Positions 11,689-21,416 of a stretch of 64,000 nt of DNA are shown here, in pieces. Where the stretch lies: contig JAHDYR010000016.1 in assembly GCA_019828565.1 (NCBI GenBank), forward strand, positions 186,001 through 250,000, in the 5' to 3' direction. Position 1 is the first letter of the stretch. Each line of letters opens with the position of its first letter. The notes beneath the pieces are model-generated. The model did no database searches and was not told the origin of the DNA. It saw only the letters and a list, made by a program, of their open reading frames with translations. Position numbers and translations under genes: made by a program. Origin of the DNA: Carpediemonas membranifera BICM. Lineage: Eukaryota > Protista > Fornicata.

Positions 11689-12939
11689 TCAATAGATCAT
11701 CATCCGCCGTGCAGTCAGCCCGTGTCCGAACCCCCGATAAATGTCACACACGATCTGACTCTCGGTGTGTTCCTGGCAGCCGGCCCATGTAGCCATGCCC
11801 AGAGCACATGCATCCAGAGGTCCTGATGCCGGGAGCCGGACGACCACGGGTATGTCGCTGGGCACGAGTGCTCTCAGCTCTGCTTGGACCCTCTCCCGCA
11901 TACCGGGGATCAGGGCACACCCGCCGGTCAGCACGACTTGGCTGAGGAGAGCCGGGATGACGTCATCGGGGCAGCAAGCGAGGCTGTCCACCGTCGCCTC
12001 GGCCACGCCTTCCTGGGCAACCCCGTGGTCCTGCGGGGCAAAGAGGGCCTCGGGGATGACGAACCGCTCGTATGTGGCGTCAAAAGTCTGGCCGTTGAGT
12101 TGCAGTGGCTCACCGTCGGTGTCGACGGGGGTGTTATCACTGTTGTGGGAGTAGAAGATCGGCTCCTTCACCGTCATGTAGTTAGGGAGCTGCACAGTGA
12201 TGGCGTGGGCAGGAGAACCGGCGCGGGCGAGGTCCATGTCTTTCTGGAAGTCCTGGGAGACGAAGCAGATGTTCTCCTTGATCGCCGTGAGCAATGAGGG
12301 CTCGTCAGACATGTTGAAGTGGCGTACGGCAAGCTGGCTACCGAGTAGAGCAGTCAGCGTGCCCCCACCAATGGACACGCGTCTGATGGCATGGTTGACG
12401 ACGAGACCCTTGACCACTGGGGTGATGTGCGTAAAGGAGTCGCCCATGTCGATGACAAGACCCGTGTGCTGCTTGAACGTGGGCAGGTGGGCCACGTAGA
12501 AGGCCGGCGGGTGATAGAACAGGCCTCGGAACTTAAAAATATTAAACACAATCTCGTCGATCGCCTCGGCCAGCTTGTCTGGATAGAAGGCAGGGAGGGA
12601 GAGCACAAGCGTGTAGTGGGATGGATCGATGCGGAGGACCTGGGAGAAGACGTGGTTCCACAGCAATGCCAGGAGCTGGATGTGCACGGGGTAGCCGTCG
12701 TTGTAGGGGCTGTAGCAGCGCCCAATCTGCTTGGAACTGATGTGGATGGGGATGTCGTTGCCAAAGAGGATCTCATTGGGCTTGTTGGCGCCGATGAAGT
12801 TGGATTTGCCCGAGTAGCGCATCGCTCGCGTCGACACACGGTGGACCTTGCCGATCTCATTGCCATTCTTGATGCAAACCTTGATAGAATGCGCGCCTTG
12901 GTCTAAACATACAATCTTGTGGACTGTGCTCCTCTGCAT
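11689..12939 (-). CDS. ARP6: Actin-related protein 6
   Basis: LDQGAHSIK, IRRVSIGGGTLT, IKENICFVSQDFQKDMDLA, ERFVIPEALFAP, ELRALVP. Confidence 0.85.
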   Translation of the reverse strand: MQRSTVHKIVCLDQGAHSIKVCIKNGNEIGKVHRVSTRAMRYSGKSNFIGANKPNEILFGNDIPIHISSKQIGRCYSPYNDGYPVHIQLLALLWNHVFSQVLRIDPSHYTLVLSLPAFYPDKLAEAIDEIVFNIFKFRGLFYHPPAFYVAHLPTFKQHTGLVIDMGDSFTHITPVVKGLVVNHAIRRVSIGGGTLTALLGSQLAVRHFNMSDEPSLLTAIKENICFVSQDFQKDMDLARAGSPAHAITVQLPNYMTVKEPIFYSHNSDNTPVDTDGEPLQLNGQTFDATYERFVIPEALFAPQDHGVAQEGVAEATVDSLACCPDDVIPALLSQVVLTGGCALIPGMRERVQAELRALVPSDIPVVVRLPASGPLDACALGMATWAGCQEHTESQIVCDIYRGFGHGLTARRMMIY

Positions 12940-13109
12940 CCTGTTGTTGGCGACAACGTTCGTCAGTGTTGGGCTAAACTGCCAAGCAACGTCCCTGGGC
13001 TCACCCACCCGTTCTCACGCCCAAAGCACCTACCACACAGCCACACATCACATACTACACTGCCCTCATCGGTCGTTTAAAAACATTAACATATTGTATC
13101 AATTCGGTC

Positions 13110-14516
13110 TCACCGCAACCCATGCGTCGCCGCCTCCTGCGCTAGCCTCGCCTGGTCGATCGTCAGGTCCATCAGCCCGCGATAGTCTGTGAACGAGAAC
13201 TGGAAGTTCAGGAAGGGATCGCCGCCCATGGCTCCGAGGCTCAGGCTCTCACCGTCAACGACAAAGGACCCGTCTACGGCGCTGTTGATCGGACTCGACT
13301 GGTCTTTCAGGAACATATGCCAACCCGTCGTGTCGAACTCGTGCTGGGCCATGTCATTGGCTGTCGACTCAGGCTGCTTGGGGATCGGCAGTCTCGTGCC
13401 GCACTGCTGGGACCACAATTGACCCCAGTTGACACCGTCGAAAAAGGGGTGGGCTCTGATCTCCTGCCCGTCGCCCACAGACCCGAGCCTGTCCCCCGGA
13501 TTCTTATCCAGGAGCCTGGTCATCAGGTCCATGGCGGTGGGTGAGGCGTCGAGCTCGGCGCCGTATGGGAACTCGAGCTGGGCGGAAGTGATTAGCTCAA
13601 AGATCGTGTCGCGGTCAGGGGCTGTAAAAGGAGGCACGCCGAAGAGCATCTCGAACATGAGCACGCCCAGGGCCCACCAGTCAACGGGATAAGAATGGCC
13701 TTCGCCCAGGAGCACCTCGGGGGCCAGATACTCTGGTGTGCCCACGACCGAGAACTTGCGGGTCTCGGCGGTGAGGTCCTCCTCGTCGATCATCGTGACG
13801 TCCTGGAATAATGAGGATGCATGGCCGTCGATGGGCCCGTCGCGGTTCTTGCCAAGCGACGAGAGACCGAAGTCAATGAGGCGGAGATGGCCATCGTTGG
13901 CGATCAGGATGTTGTCGGGCTTGATGTCTCGGTGCACGATGCCCGACGAATGACAGAACTCAAGGGCAACTACGAGTTCGGCGACGTACTGCTTGACGAC
14001 GCTCTCCTCGAGCCCCCCGACCATTGTCAGCATGTGCTGCAGATCAGTGGGGAGGTACTCCATGACAATGAAGACATAGTCGTTCGTCTGGAACGTCCAA
14101 AAGAATCGGACGATGAAGTGGCCGGCAGCAGTATTGGACATACGGGGAATAACATCGCGCTCGCCCTTGACACGATCCACCTGGTTCTTGCGGATCAGCC
14201 GCGCCTTCTGCATGACCTTGAGAGCGAAATAGTCTCCTGTGTCGACCTTCCTCACCTTGAACACAGTCCCAAAAGCGCCTTTGCTGATGGTTCCAACTGG
14301 AACGAAGTCCTCGATCGTAACCTTCTTCGTTCTTGGTTTCAACGCATCATTTTCTCCGCTAACCTTGCCCTTTGTGGCCGAACCAACAGACTTTGTGTAA
14401 CATTCCTTGCTGTGCTGCTCTACATCGAATATGGGGATCTTCTTGTTGCAGATTCGGCATAGAATAGTCAGTTCTTCGCCAAGATCGGGCTCAGCGGCCG
14501 TCGTCTTGCTTCGCAT
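13110..14516 (-). CDS. AGC kinase, Greatwall/MAST/IRE-like, with N-terminal Zn-finger
   Basis: CRIC..HS..C, ISKGAFG, HRDIKPDNIL, DFGLS, VGTPEYLAPE, VDWWALG, C-terminal FLNFQFS hydrophobic motif. Confidence 0.85.
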   Translation of the reverse strand: MRSKTTAAEPDLGEELTILCRICNKKIPIFDVEQHSKECYTKSVGSATKGKVSGENDALKPRTKKVTIEDFVPVGTISKGAFGTVFKVRKVDTGDYFALKVMQKARLIRKNQVDRVKGERDVIPRMSNTAAGHFIVRFFWTFQTNDYVFIVMEYLPTDLQHMLTMVGGLEESVVKQYVAELVVALEFCHSSGIVHRDIKPDNILIANDGHLRLIDFGLSSLGKNRDGPIDGHASSLFQDVTMIDEEDLTAETRKFSVVGTPEYLAPEVLLGEGHSYPVDWWALGVLMFEMLFGVPPFTAPDRDTIFELITSAQLEFPYGAELDASPTAMDLMTRLLDKNPGDRLGSVGDGQEIRAHPFFDGVNWGQLWSQQCGTRLPIPKQPESTANDMAQHEFDTTGWHMFLKDQSSPINSAVDGSFVVDGESLSLGAMGGDPFLNFQFSFTDYRGLMDLTIDQARLAQEAATHGLR

Positions 14517-14911
14517 CGCTTGTCTTCCTCCGATACGACCTGGCGGCTTTGTCTTTCTCAGAGTTACGTGTTACATGACACACGTATCTATTAAACTGCG
14601 GGGTTCCCGACGGCCAGGGTCCAACATCCCATGATGCCATGACCGCCACTCGTTTACCCCCTTCCGATCAATCTTGTCGATCAAATCGAATCAGACGAGA
14701 TATTAATAAAAAGTTAACGACGCTTGCTATAGCACAGTGCAATGAGACTGCGCCACACCCCTAAGGCACAGCTGGTGTAGCTGAACGGTAGTAGTGCCAA
14801 TGCGCACTTCTCGGCATCCAACTGATGACGACCCGCCACAGCCTGGTTAACCCTCGCACGCTTTTTTAACATGAGTTTACAAGTCTCGTTATAACATACA
14901 TACATGTTAAT

Positions 14912-17900
14912 CTAATAAATCGCAACGTAATCAAAACTGGTGTAGCTCTCGCTGGGGAAGCTGAGGGCGTCCTCCGAGTGGGCCACAGAGCCGTAATAGT
15001 CCGCCACCACTCGGTCGCTCAGGGCGTCCAGCAGACCGGTGTCATCGCTCCTGGACCCGACCGACGACAGCCCCCGGCCGGGCGTCTTTGCCGTCGCGTC
15101 CTCGCGGGCGTGCGGTGTCCAGAGTGTCTGGTCGGGTGCTACTGCCGCATCGACCACCGCGGGGGCATGGCTAGCGGGTGTGGCAAAGAGGTCGACCTCC
15201 TCCACGGTCTGGGTGACGACCCGCCGGGGCCGGTCGACCACAGCATCGAGCCGGGGCTGGAGTAACGCGACAACGCCCTCGGCACTGGCCTCCTTCAGCG
15301 TGGTTAGGGCCTCGTCAGCGAACGTCCTGGCGCAGGCCGAGTCGTCGCACTGGACGGCGGCCTGGGCGATGAGCATGCTGATGATGGCCGCCCACAGCGG
15401 GGGTGCGTCCTCCTCCTGGGCGGCGAGCAACGCCCGCAGCGCCCTGGAGGGCCCGCTCGAGGCATGGATGTACAGCGCTGCCAACACCGCCTCGACAAAG
15501 CGGTACGCGCCGTTCGCGGTAATATTCTTGACGGTGTCCATATCGGCCAGGCACGCCGTCGCTCTGCTGGTGCTCGACCCGAACGCGGTAATGTGTCGAG
15601 AGATCGACATGATCGCGAGGTAGTGGACCGCGAGGCCGGTGCACCACGCTACCTCGAACTTGTCCGCTAGCAGGCTGATGCCCGCTGCGACGGCAGACAG
15701 GTCCCACGTCAGGATGAGGGCCAGCTGGATCGCGAGGGTGGCCGTGAAGGCATTTGGAGCGTCCTCGCTCTTCATCAGCTCCGCGTGGACGCTGATGACG
15801 TCCGCGACTCGGCCGGCCCCGACGACGCTGTCGATATCGGCGCGGGCGCTCAGCATGTTCTGGAGCAGCTGGTGGAAAACGGTCGTCGGCCTGCTGAGGG
15901 CCCTCGAACGGACCCGGGCAATGAGGGAGGAGGCCGACGAGGCGTCCGCGCAGGTTACTCCGACTGGACCGCCGAGGAAGAACATGAATTTGAGCCGCTC
16001 GAGCAAGCACTTGCCGCAGTCTGCGAGGGCCTTCTCCTCGAGCGCGAGACACTCGGCCTGCACTAGCAGAGAGATGATCTTCTCGGGTGTCCGACGATAT
16101 ATCGCGGCAAAACGTATATGATAAATGAGGGCCTGGCGGTAGTAGTTGGACGGGCACCGCTCCTCGAGGGTCTTCATCACGGCCTTTAGGAAGAGCCACG
16201 TCTGGCTGACCTCGCTGTTACGCCACAGCCTCATGCAGCCGTAAATGAGCCACGACAGCAGGACCTCAGGGGTCAGGTCCTCGCCCCGGCCCGCGATGAC
16301 GCCCTGTGGGGTGGCGAGAATGTACGAGAGACCCTGCTCCAGACGACCGCACTCGACGCACGAGTCGAAGATCTGGAGCAGCGCGGGCGACTTGGTCGTC
16401 GGCCCAGAGTCATTGACCCGGGTCAGGGTGACGGGCGTGCTCTTGATAAAGTTCAGCGTCTTGTTGTCGACGGGGACGTGGGTGTCGAGCCCCTTGTACA
16501 GCTCGTGGACCTCTGCCCGCACGGACAGCCCGACAGAGGGGGGCTTGAGCATGCCGTCCTTCATCAGCGCCTTGAATCCCTCGTCCAGCGCCGTCTTGGG
16601 GTTCCCGAGGGACGTGTGCAGCCTCATCTGCCGGATCGTGAGGTACAGCTTCTGGTGCATCGTCTTGGCGTGCTTGCGGGCCGCAGTCAGCCTCTGTGCG
16701 GTCTCACTGGCCTGCCCCAGCACGAAAGAGCACTCGACGGACTCGACAACGAGGTTCCAGGGCAGCTGCTTGAAGTCCTCGGGCAAGGCCTTCACGGTCG
16801 ACAGCAGACTCAGCCCAGCCGTGAAGTAGTGCAGCGCCGCCTCCATCGCAGCGCCCTTGAGCGCCTCCTTGCCAGCTTTGTAGTTCATGGAGGCGAGGCG
16901 GATGCGGTTGGACTCCTTGACGAGGGAGACGGCCCGGTTGTAGTGGGACAGCTGGATGAAGTTGCTCGTACTGCTGTTGACGTCCTTATTGCCCTTCTGC
17001 CGCTTGATGACGGCCGTGAAGTACCTCCCCATGTTGTACTGGATGTACTCCATCGCACCGTCGCTCACGGTCGCCAGCACGTCCTCTCGGGCACGCTGGG
17101 TGACGAACGAGAACATCTGGGACCCAGAGGCCGAGGCTTGGTCCGCCACGAGGATGCGGCGCTCGGACACCAGGTTGAGCAGTACGAACAGCACGCGGTT
17201 GTTGTCGGTGTCCAGCTCGCGGTCCTCGGCCAGCTTGCTCATCTTGAAGTACTCCACGAGCTGGTCGTTACTGAAGGTCGACCCCAGCACCGCAGCACGT
17301 GTGGCCACGATCCACGCCGTCGCCTCGGTGTCTCGGCGGGGGATCGTGTAGCGGGCAGTCAGACGGCTGCTCGTGGCCGCAGCGGCCTTGGCGATGGCGT
17401 TGGCATGGAGTACCCAGCGCCCCGACCCGCGGTGGCACCCAAAGGCGTTGTTGACGGCGAGGATCCTGAGCACCTTCTGGAGACCTGCTGGTACGCCCTT
17501 GCACGCCTCCCTCAGTTTCTCGGCGACGTCCTCGCGGCTGGTCCCGGAGTGGATCTCGAGCATCTCCACGAAGGGCATGATGTCGTGCGTCGTCAGCGCG
17601 CCCAGGGTGATCTGCATTTGCATGGACACATCAACTGATTGAGACATGCCGATGGCGGTCTGGTACGCCTCTCGGATGGCCCGGGGCAGCGCTCTCTTGT
17701 GTGTCCGGTCGTACTGGACAAGACCGACGGCCAGACTGAGCTGCAGCTCCTTCTCGGCCAGCATGGAGGAGAAGAAGAACGCGTCGTCCTTCGAGCAGCG
17801 GTGGATGTCGTCGATGGCGATGAATATGTCCTGACCGACGGCCGTGAGGGCCCTGACGATGTCCAGCATCCCCTCGTTGGGCGGGGCGACCTCTGCCTCG

Positions 17901-19438
17901 GCCACGGTCAGCAGGTCTCGGTGCATGCCGAATCTGGTGCACAGCATGGCGTGAGTCTCGGGATTGAGCATTTCCAAGACCGGCGGGCCCCAGTTGATCA
18001 GCAGCGGCACGATCTCCTCGATGGCCGCGTAAACCAGGCTCAGCGGCCGGGCGGGGGTGTTGTTCGGCGACAGCATCACCACGTGGTGCGTGCCGGCGGT
18101 CGAGACCTCCTTGGCGACGGCCCATAGGAACTTCGTCACCCCGAACCCGGGGCGGCCCGTGACGAGCAGGAACTTCGACCGGGGCGGGAGGGGCGGCGCG
18201 TCGAAGTTCAGCTCTCCAAGGCCGTGGAAGAAGCCGTGCGAGTCGACGCTGATGCCCGAGGAGCTGTCGCTGTACTCCTGGTCGTACTCTTCGCCGTCGT
18301 ACTCGTCGTAGTCCTCCGACAGGTCGTCGATCACACTGGGACTGAAGATGCCACGGGACGACCGCCGCTCGACCTCAAGCACGATGGGCTGCTCCTGCTC
18401 GGCGATGGGCACGCTCACGGAGTCCATGGAGTCGTCTGAGTCGCTCTCGAGTCCGTTGTCGGAGCGGACGAACGCCACGGCCGACCGCACGTGGGCAGCT
18501 CGACCCACGAAGAGCTCGTCGAGGAAGTCCGCCATCGGCTGTGACCTCTGCACACCAGGAGCGTCATTGGGCAGGGAGTGGAGAGTTTGGAGGTCCTTGG
18601 CGAGCTCCCCGAAGGAGACGTAAGGGGAGGCGAGGTAGAGGAGGCGGTAGACCATGTTGAAGAAGAGCTCCTTGAAGGCGTCGGACACACGGACAGCGGG
18701 CTTACCCTGCACGGGCTCCTTGTCCCTGAATGCGTGGAATATAGTCGCCCGCAGGTCTGCGTCTGACGGCATCCGCAACACCCGCATGCCCGAGCCAGAG
18801 GTGATCCGCTCGGTCAGGGTGTCGGGGAACGACCAGGGGTGGCCCACGAGCAGCGTCATCACGAACATCCCGAACTGGACGAGGTCTGTAGAGACGGTGA
18901 AGGCCCCCTCGCCGTGATCCGTCGGGAGCCGCATCTTCATGGCTGGGTCGAGTGCTAAGGCCCGAAGGTCGGGGTTGGAGACATTGGGGAACTCGTTCAT
19001 TGAACGCGGCGGCCCTATTCCGATGGGGAGGAGCTCTAGTGTGCCGTTTGTCTTGATAAAGAAGAACGCAGGGTCGAAGGAACGGTAGTATATGGGTGGG
19101 GAGTGGGAATGAAGGAGATGGATCGCGTCTACAAGGTTGATGAGGAGCGATGTCAGCCTGTGGGGCGTCGCTGTCCAGAAATCAGACGGGTAGTGAACGA
19201 GAGCGCGCGATTGCCTGTCCTTGGAGTCAAATTTCACCTTAAGCTCTAAAGGTACGTTGTATGTACCTGAATCGCGAAAGAATATGGATGAGGGCGCAAG
19301 GATGCTGCTCCGGACAGTCTTATAGGATCTAACTTCCTTCAGATCGTTGAAGAAAGACTTGAACTGAACGTTAGACCATGCAGATGTCTCCCATCGCATT
19401 TCCCAGGACGATTCTTCCTCATCTGGGCGACGGTTCAT
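14912..19438 (-). CDS. Degenerate kinase - AAA/STAND-type ATPase - TPR-like protein (COG3899-like)
   Basis: Kinase-like N-terminus (HLLHSHSPPIYYRSFDP, TDLVQFG); LVTGRPGFGVT Walker A; IAIDDIH Walker B; GVP motif; HYNRA..LASMNYKAGKEA..AALHYF helical signature. Confidence 0.65.
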   Translation of the reverse strand: MNRRPDEEESSWEMRWETSAWSNVQFKSFFNDLKEVRSYKTVRSSILAPSSIFFRDSGTYNVPLELKVKFDSKDRQSRALVHYPSDFWTATPHRLTSLLINLVDAIHLLHSHSPPIYYRSFDPAFFFIKTNGTLELLPIGIGPPRSMNEFPNVSNPDLRALALDPAMKMRLPTDHGEGAFTVSTDLVQFGMFVMTLLVGHPWSFPDTLTERITSGSGMRVLRMPSDADLRATIFHAFRDKEPVQGKPAVRVSDAFKELFFNMVYRLLYLASPYVSFGELAKDLQTLHSLPNDAPGVQRSQPMADFLDELFVGRAAHVRSAVAFVRSDNGLESDSDDSMDSVSVPIAEQEQPIVLEVERRSSRGIFSPSVIDDLSEDYDEYDGEEYDQEYSDSSSGISVDSHGFFHGLGELNFDAPPLPPRSKFLLVTGRPGFGVTKFLWAVAKEVSTAGTHHVVMLSPNNTPARPLSLVYAAIEEIVPLLINWGPPVLEMLNPETHAMLCTRFGMHRDLLTVAEAEVAPPNEGMLDIVRALTAVGQDIFIAIDDIHRCSKDDAFFFSSMLAEKELQLSLAVGLVQYDRTHKRALPRAIREAYQTAIGMSQSVDVSMQMQITLGALTTHDIMPFVEMLEIHSGTSREDVAEKLREACKGVPAGLQKVLRILAVNNAFGCHRGSGRWVLHANAIAKAAAATSSRLTARYTIPRRDTEATAWIVATRAAVLGSTFSNDQLVEYFKMSKLAEDRELDTDNNRVLFVLLNLVSERRILVADQASASGSQMFSFVTQRAREDVLATVSDGAMEYIQYNMGRYFTAVIKRQKGNKDVNSSTSNFIQLSHYNRAVSLVKESNRIRLASMNYKAGKEALKGAAMEAALHYFTAGLSLLSTVKALPEDFKQLPWNLVVESVECSFVLGQASETAQRLTAARKHAKTMHQKLYLTIRQMRLHTSLGNPKTALDEGFKALMKDGMLKPPSVGLSVRAEVHELYKGLDTHVPVDNKTLNFIKSTPVTLTRVNDSGPTTKSPALLQIFDSCVECGRLEQGLSYILATPQGVIAGRGEDLTPEVLLSWLIYGCMRLWRNSEVSQTWLFLKAVMKTLEERCPSNYYRQALIYHIRFAAIYRRTPEKIISLLVQAECLALEEKALADCGKCLLERLKFMFFLGGPVGVTCADASSASSLIARVRSRALSRPTTVFHQLLQNMLSARADIDSVVGAGRVADVISVHAELMKSEDAPNAFTATLAIQLALILTWDLSAVAAGISLLADKFEVAWCTGLAVHYLAIMSISRHITAFGSSTSRATACLADMDTVKNITANGAYRFVEAVLAALYIHASSGPSRALRALLAAQEEDAPPLWAAIISMLIAQAAVQCDDSACARTFADEALTTLKEASAEGVVALLQPRLDAVVDRPRRVVTQTVEEVDLFATPASHAPAVVDAAVAPDQTLWTPHAREDATAKTPGRGLSSVGSRSDDTGLLDALSDRVVADYYGSVAHSEDALSFPSESYTSFDYVAIY

Positions 19439-19572
19439 CGATGGACTGCTCTTCTTCCACAGTGGCTAAACTGCACCGACCGTTCGAAGAAAAATTTGAT
19501 ATTTGACAACCCAAGACCGTATCTATCTGTATCCAACACAGAGAACAATTATATTCGAATTTTCAACGACGT

Positions 19573-21054
19573 TTACGCATCTCCCGCTGTCGGGCTTACC
19601 GGCGTCTCTTCAGGCGCAGCTGGTGAGGCCGGCTCGACAGACGCCGCCTGAGCGGCAGGCTGTACCTCCCCGGCTGCTGGCTGGGCGACATCCTGGCTGG
19701 CAGGGGCTTTCCGCTTCTTGCTGATTACCCTGGGTCTGAACAGAGTTTTGAGTCCGTCAACGGTACTGCCGGCCACGATGCCGCGGGGCAGAACAGGACC
19801 GTAAGCGCCGCTGACCCCAGTCATGTCGAACGAGGATGCGAGCACCCCGAAGCCCTGGCGTCTGTTGCACCCCTCCTCTCGTACCAGCCGCTCTCGCATG
19901 GCCCGCCGCTGCTGGTTCCTCGCCTCCAGCTCCTCGACTGTGAGCTCGGCATCCGGCCGCACGAGCATGTCTTCGTCCTCGTCGGTTGACTCACCCTCGT
20001 TGGCAGAGAGGTAGCCGTCGGGGACAAAGACCTTCTCGCGCTCTTCACGGTCTGCCTCCTCGTCAAGGTCGAGGTCATCATCGTCCGCACTACCCACATC
20101 GTCGCCATCGACCCACTCAACCTCGGCGCCCGAGTCCGTATCGTAGTCGACGCCCGACTCGTGTCCAAACGGGTCGACCGGCGTGCAGTGCCGTGGGAGA
20201 CGGGAGAACGTGCCAGTGTATGGCGGCCGATAGTCCTCGCTGAAGTACATCGCCCGACGCCTCGGCTTCAGCGCGGGGTGGGGCAGGTCGGTCGGCTTCA
20301 GGGCCATCCAGTCCGGCAAGCCTGCCATCATCGTCTGGAAGTCCGCCACTGCTCGGGGGAGGGGGTCCGCCGCCAGCCCAGCCAGGAGGTCGTCGGCGTC
20401 TGTCATGATACGCTCGTCGGGCCACTCCGTGACAGACCCCTGCCGTGCGGACTCCTCCTGCTCCCGGACGTCTCGGTAACGGGTTAGACCAAAGGTCTTC
20501 TTATACTCCTTGGGTGCCTGCTTGGGGGCGGGGCGGCGGGGCTGGGAGGCGGCCGGCTGGGATGGCGTGGGCTGGGTGGTCTGGGATACTGTCACGCCCG
20601 TCGCGGACCACATCGCGGCCATGCGCTGCTGCTTCTTCAGAGCCTTCGCCTCGGCGGCACGCTCCTTGGCCTCTTTCTCTTGCTGCTTGCGGGCCTTCTC
20701 CTCCTCCTTTCGGGCCCGCTCTTCTTCCTTGCGGCGGCGCTCCTCCTCGCGCTTTGCTTCACGCTCGAGCTTCTCGGCCTCCTTCTGCTTGCGCGCCTCC
20801 TCCTTCAGCCTCTTAGCTTCCTCGCGGGCAGCTTCTCTGGCTTTCTTCTCTTCCTCCTTCTGGATGCGGGCCTCCTCTTTCAAGCGACGCGCTTCCTCCT
20901 TCACGCGGCGGGCTTCCTCCTTGGCAGCTTCGCGTGCCTTCTTCTCTGCTGCTTTCTGCGCTTTCAATTGAGTTTTTGTCTTCCGTTCCGGGCGAGCAGC
21001 TTCAGGAGGTGCTGGCTCTGCTTCATCTGTTTCAGTTTCTTCCTTCGGAGGCAT
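19573..21054 (-). CDS. CHAF1A: Chromatin assembly factor 1 subunit A (Cac1/FAS1/p150)
   Basis: KER coiled-coil, RPPYTGTFS, DYDTDS..EW, FVPDGYLS..EG. Confidence 0.85.
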   Translation of the reverse strand: MPPKEETETDEAEPAPPEAARPERKTKTQLKAQKAAEKKAREAAKEEARRVKEEARRLKEEARIQKEEEKKAREAAREEAKRLKEEARKQKEAEKLEREAKREEERRRKEEERARKEEEKARKQQEKEAKERAAEAKALKKQQRMAAMWSATGVTVSQTTQPTPSQPAASQPRRPAPKQAPKEYKKTFGLTRYRDVREQEESARQGSVTEWPDERIMTDADDLLAGLAADPLPRAVADFQTMMAGLPDWMALKPTDLPHPALKPRRRAMYFSEDYRPPYTGTFSRLPRHCTPVDPFGHESGVDYDTDSGAEVEWVDGDDVGSADDDDLDLDEEADREEREKVFVPDGYLSANEGESTDEDEDMLVRPDAELTVEELEARNQQRRAMRERLVREEGCNRRQGFGVLASSFDMTGVSGAYGPVLPRGIVAGSTVDGLKTLFRPRVISKKRKAPASQDVAQPAAGEVQPAAQAASVEPASPAAPEETPVSPTAGDA

Positions 21055-21152
21055 TTGGCGGGATGAGCAGTATAAGGACCATCACCATCTTCAACGTCTA
21101 CCGGGGCCAGGTGGGGGCTGCTTCGGCGGCCATCTAACCAGGCAACAAGTCA

Positions 21153-21327
21153 CCTCATGCCGCGCGGGGCGCGGTTTTGCTGATGTTTACGTGAGCGTGT
21201 ATAAATTGAGTACAAGGAGTGGTACTCAGAGGGGCCCTCCAGGCTAGCGCGAGATGCAGGAGGGATTCAGCAGCCCTTTAATGGGAGGGCTCAGCCTACT
21301 CGCCCCGCGGATGACCTGCGCATGAGG
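21153..21327. ncRNA. Candidate structured intergenic RNA (family unassigned)
   Basis: Closing stems CCTCATGC/GCATGAGG and CGCGGGGCG/CGCCCCGCG enclose three hairpins. Confidence 0.35.
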
Positions 21328-21416
21328 AAGAACCTGTCTGAGGTAGTGACAGAGCCGTGATATCGCCTTGTAACGTTTACCGTAAGCTAGACCCAGCTGC
21401 CACCCTAAGATACACC

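Noticed and set aside
21133-21410. Telomerase RNA template (CTAACC, ACCCTAA) near the structured spacer
   Set aside because: The matches cover only about one repeat unit and lie outside the folded domain.
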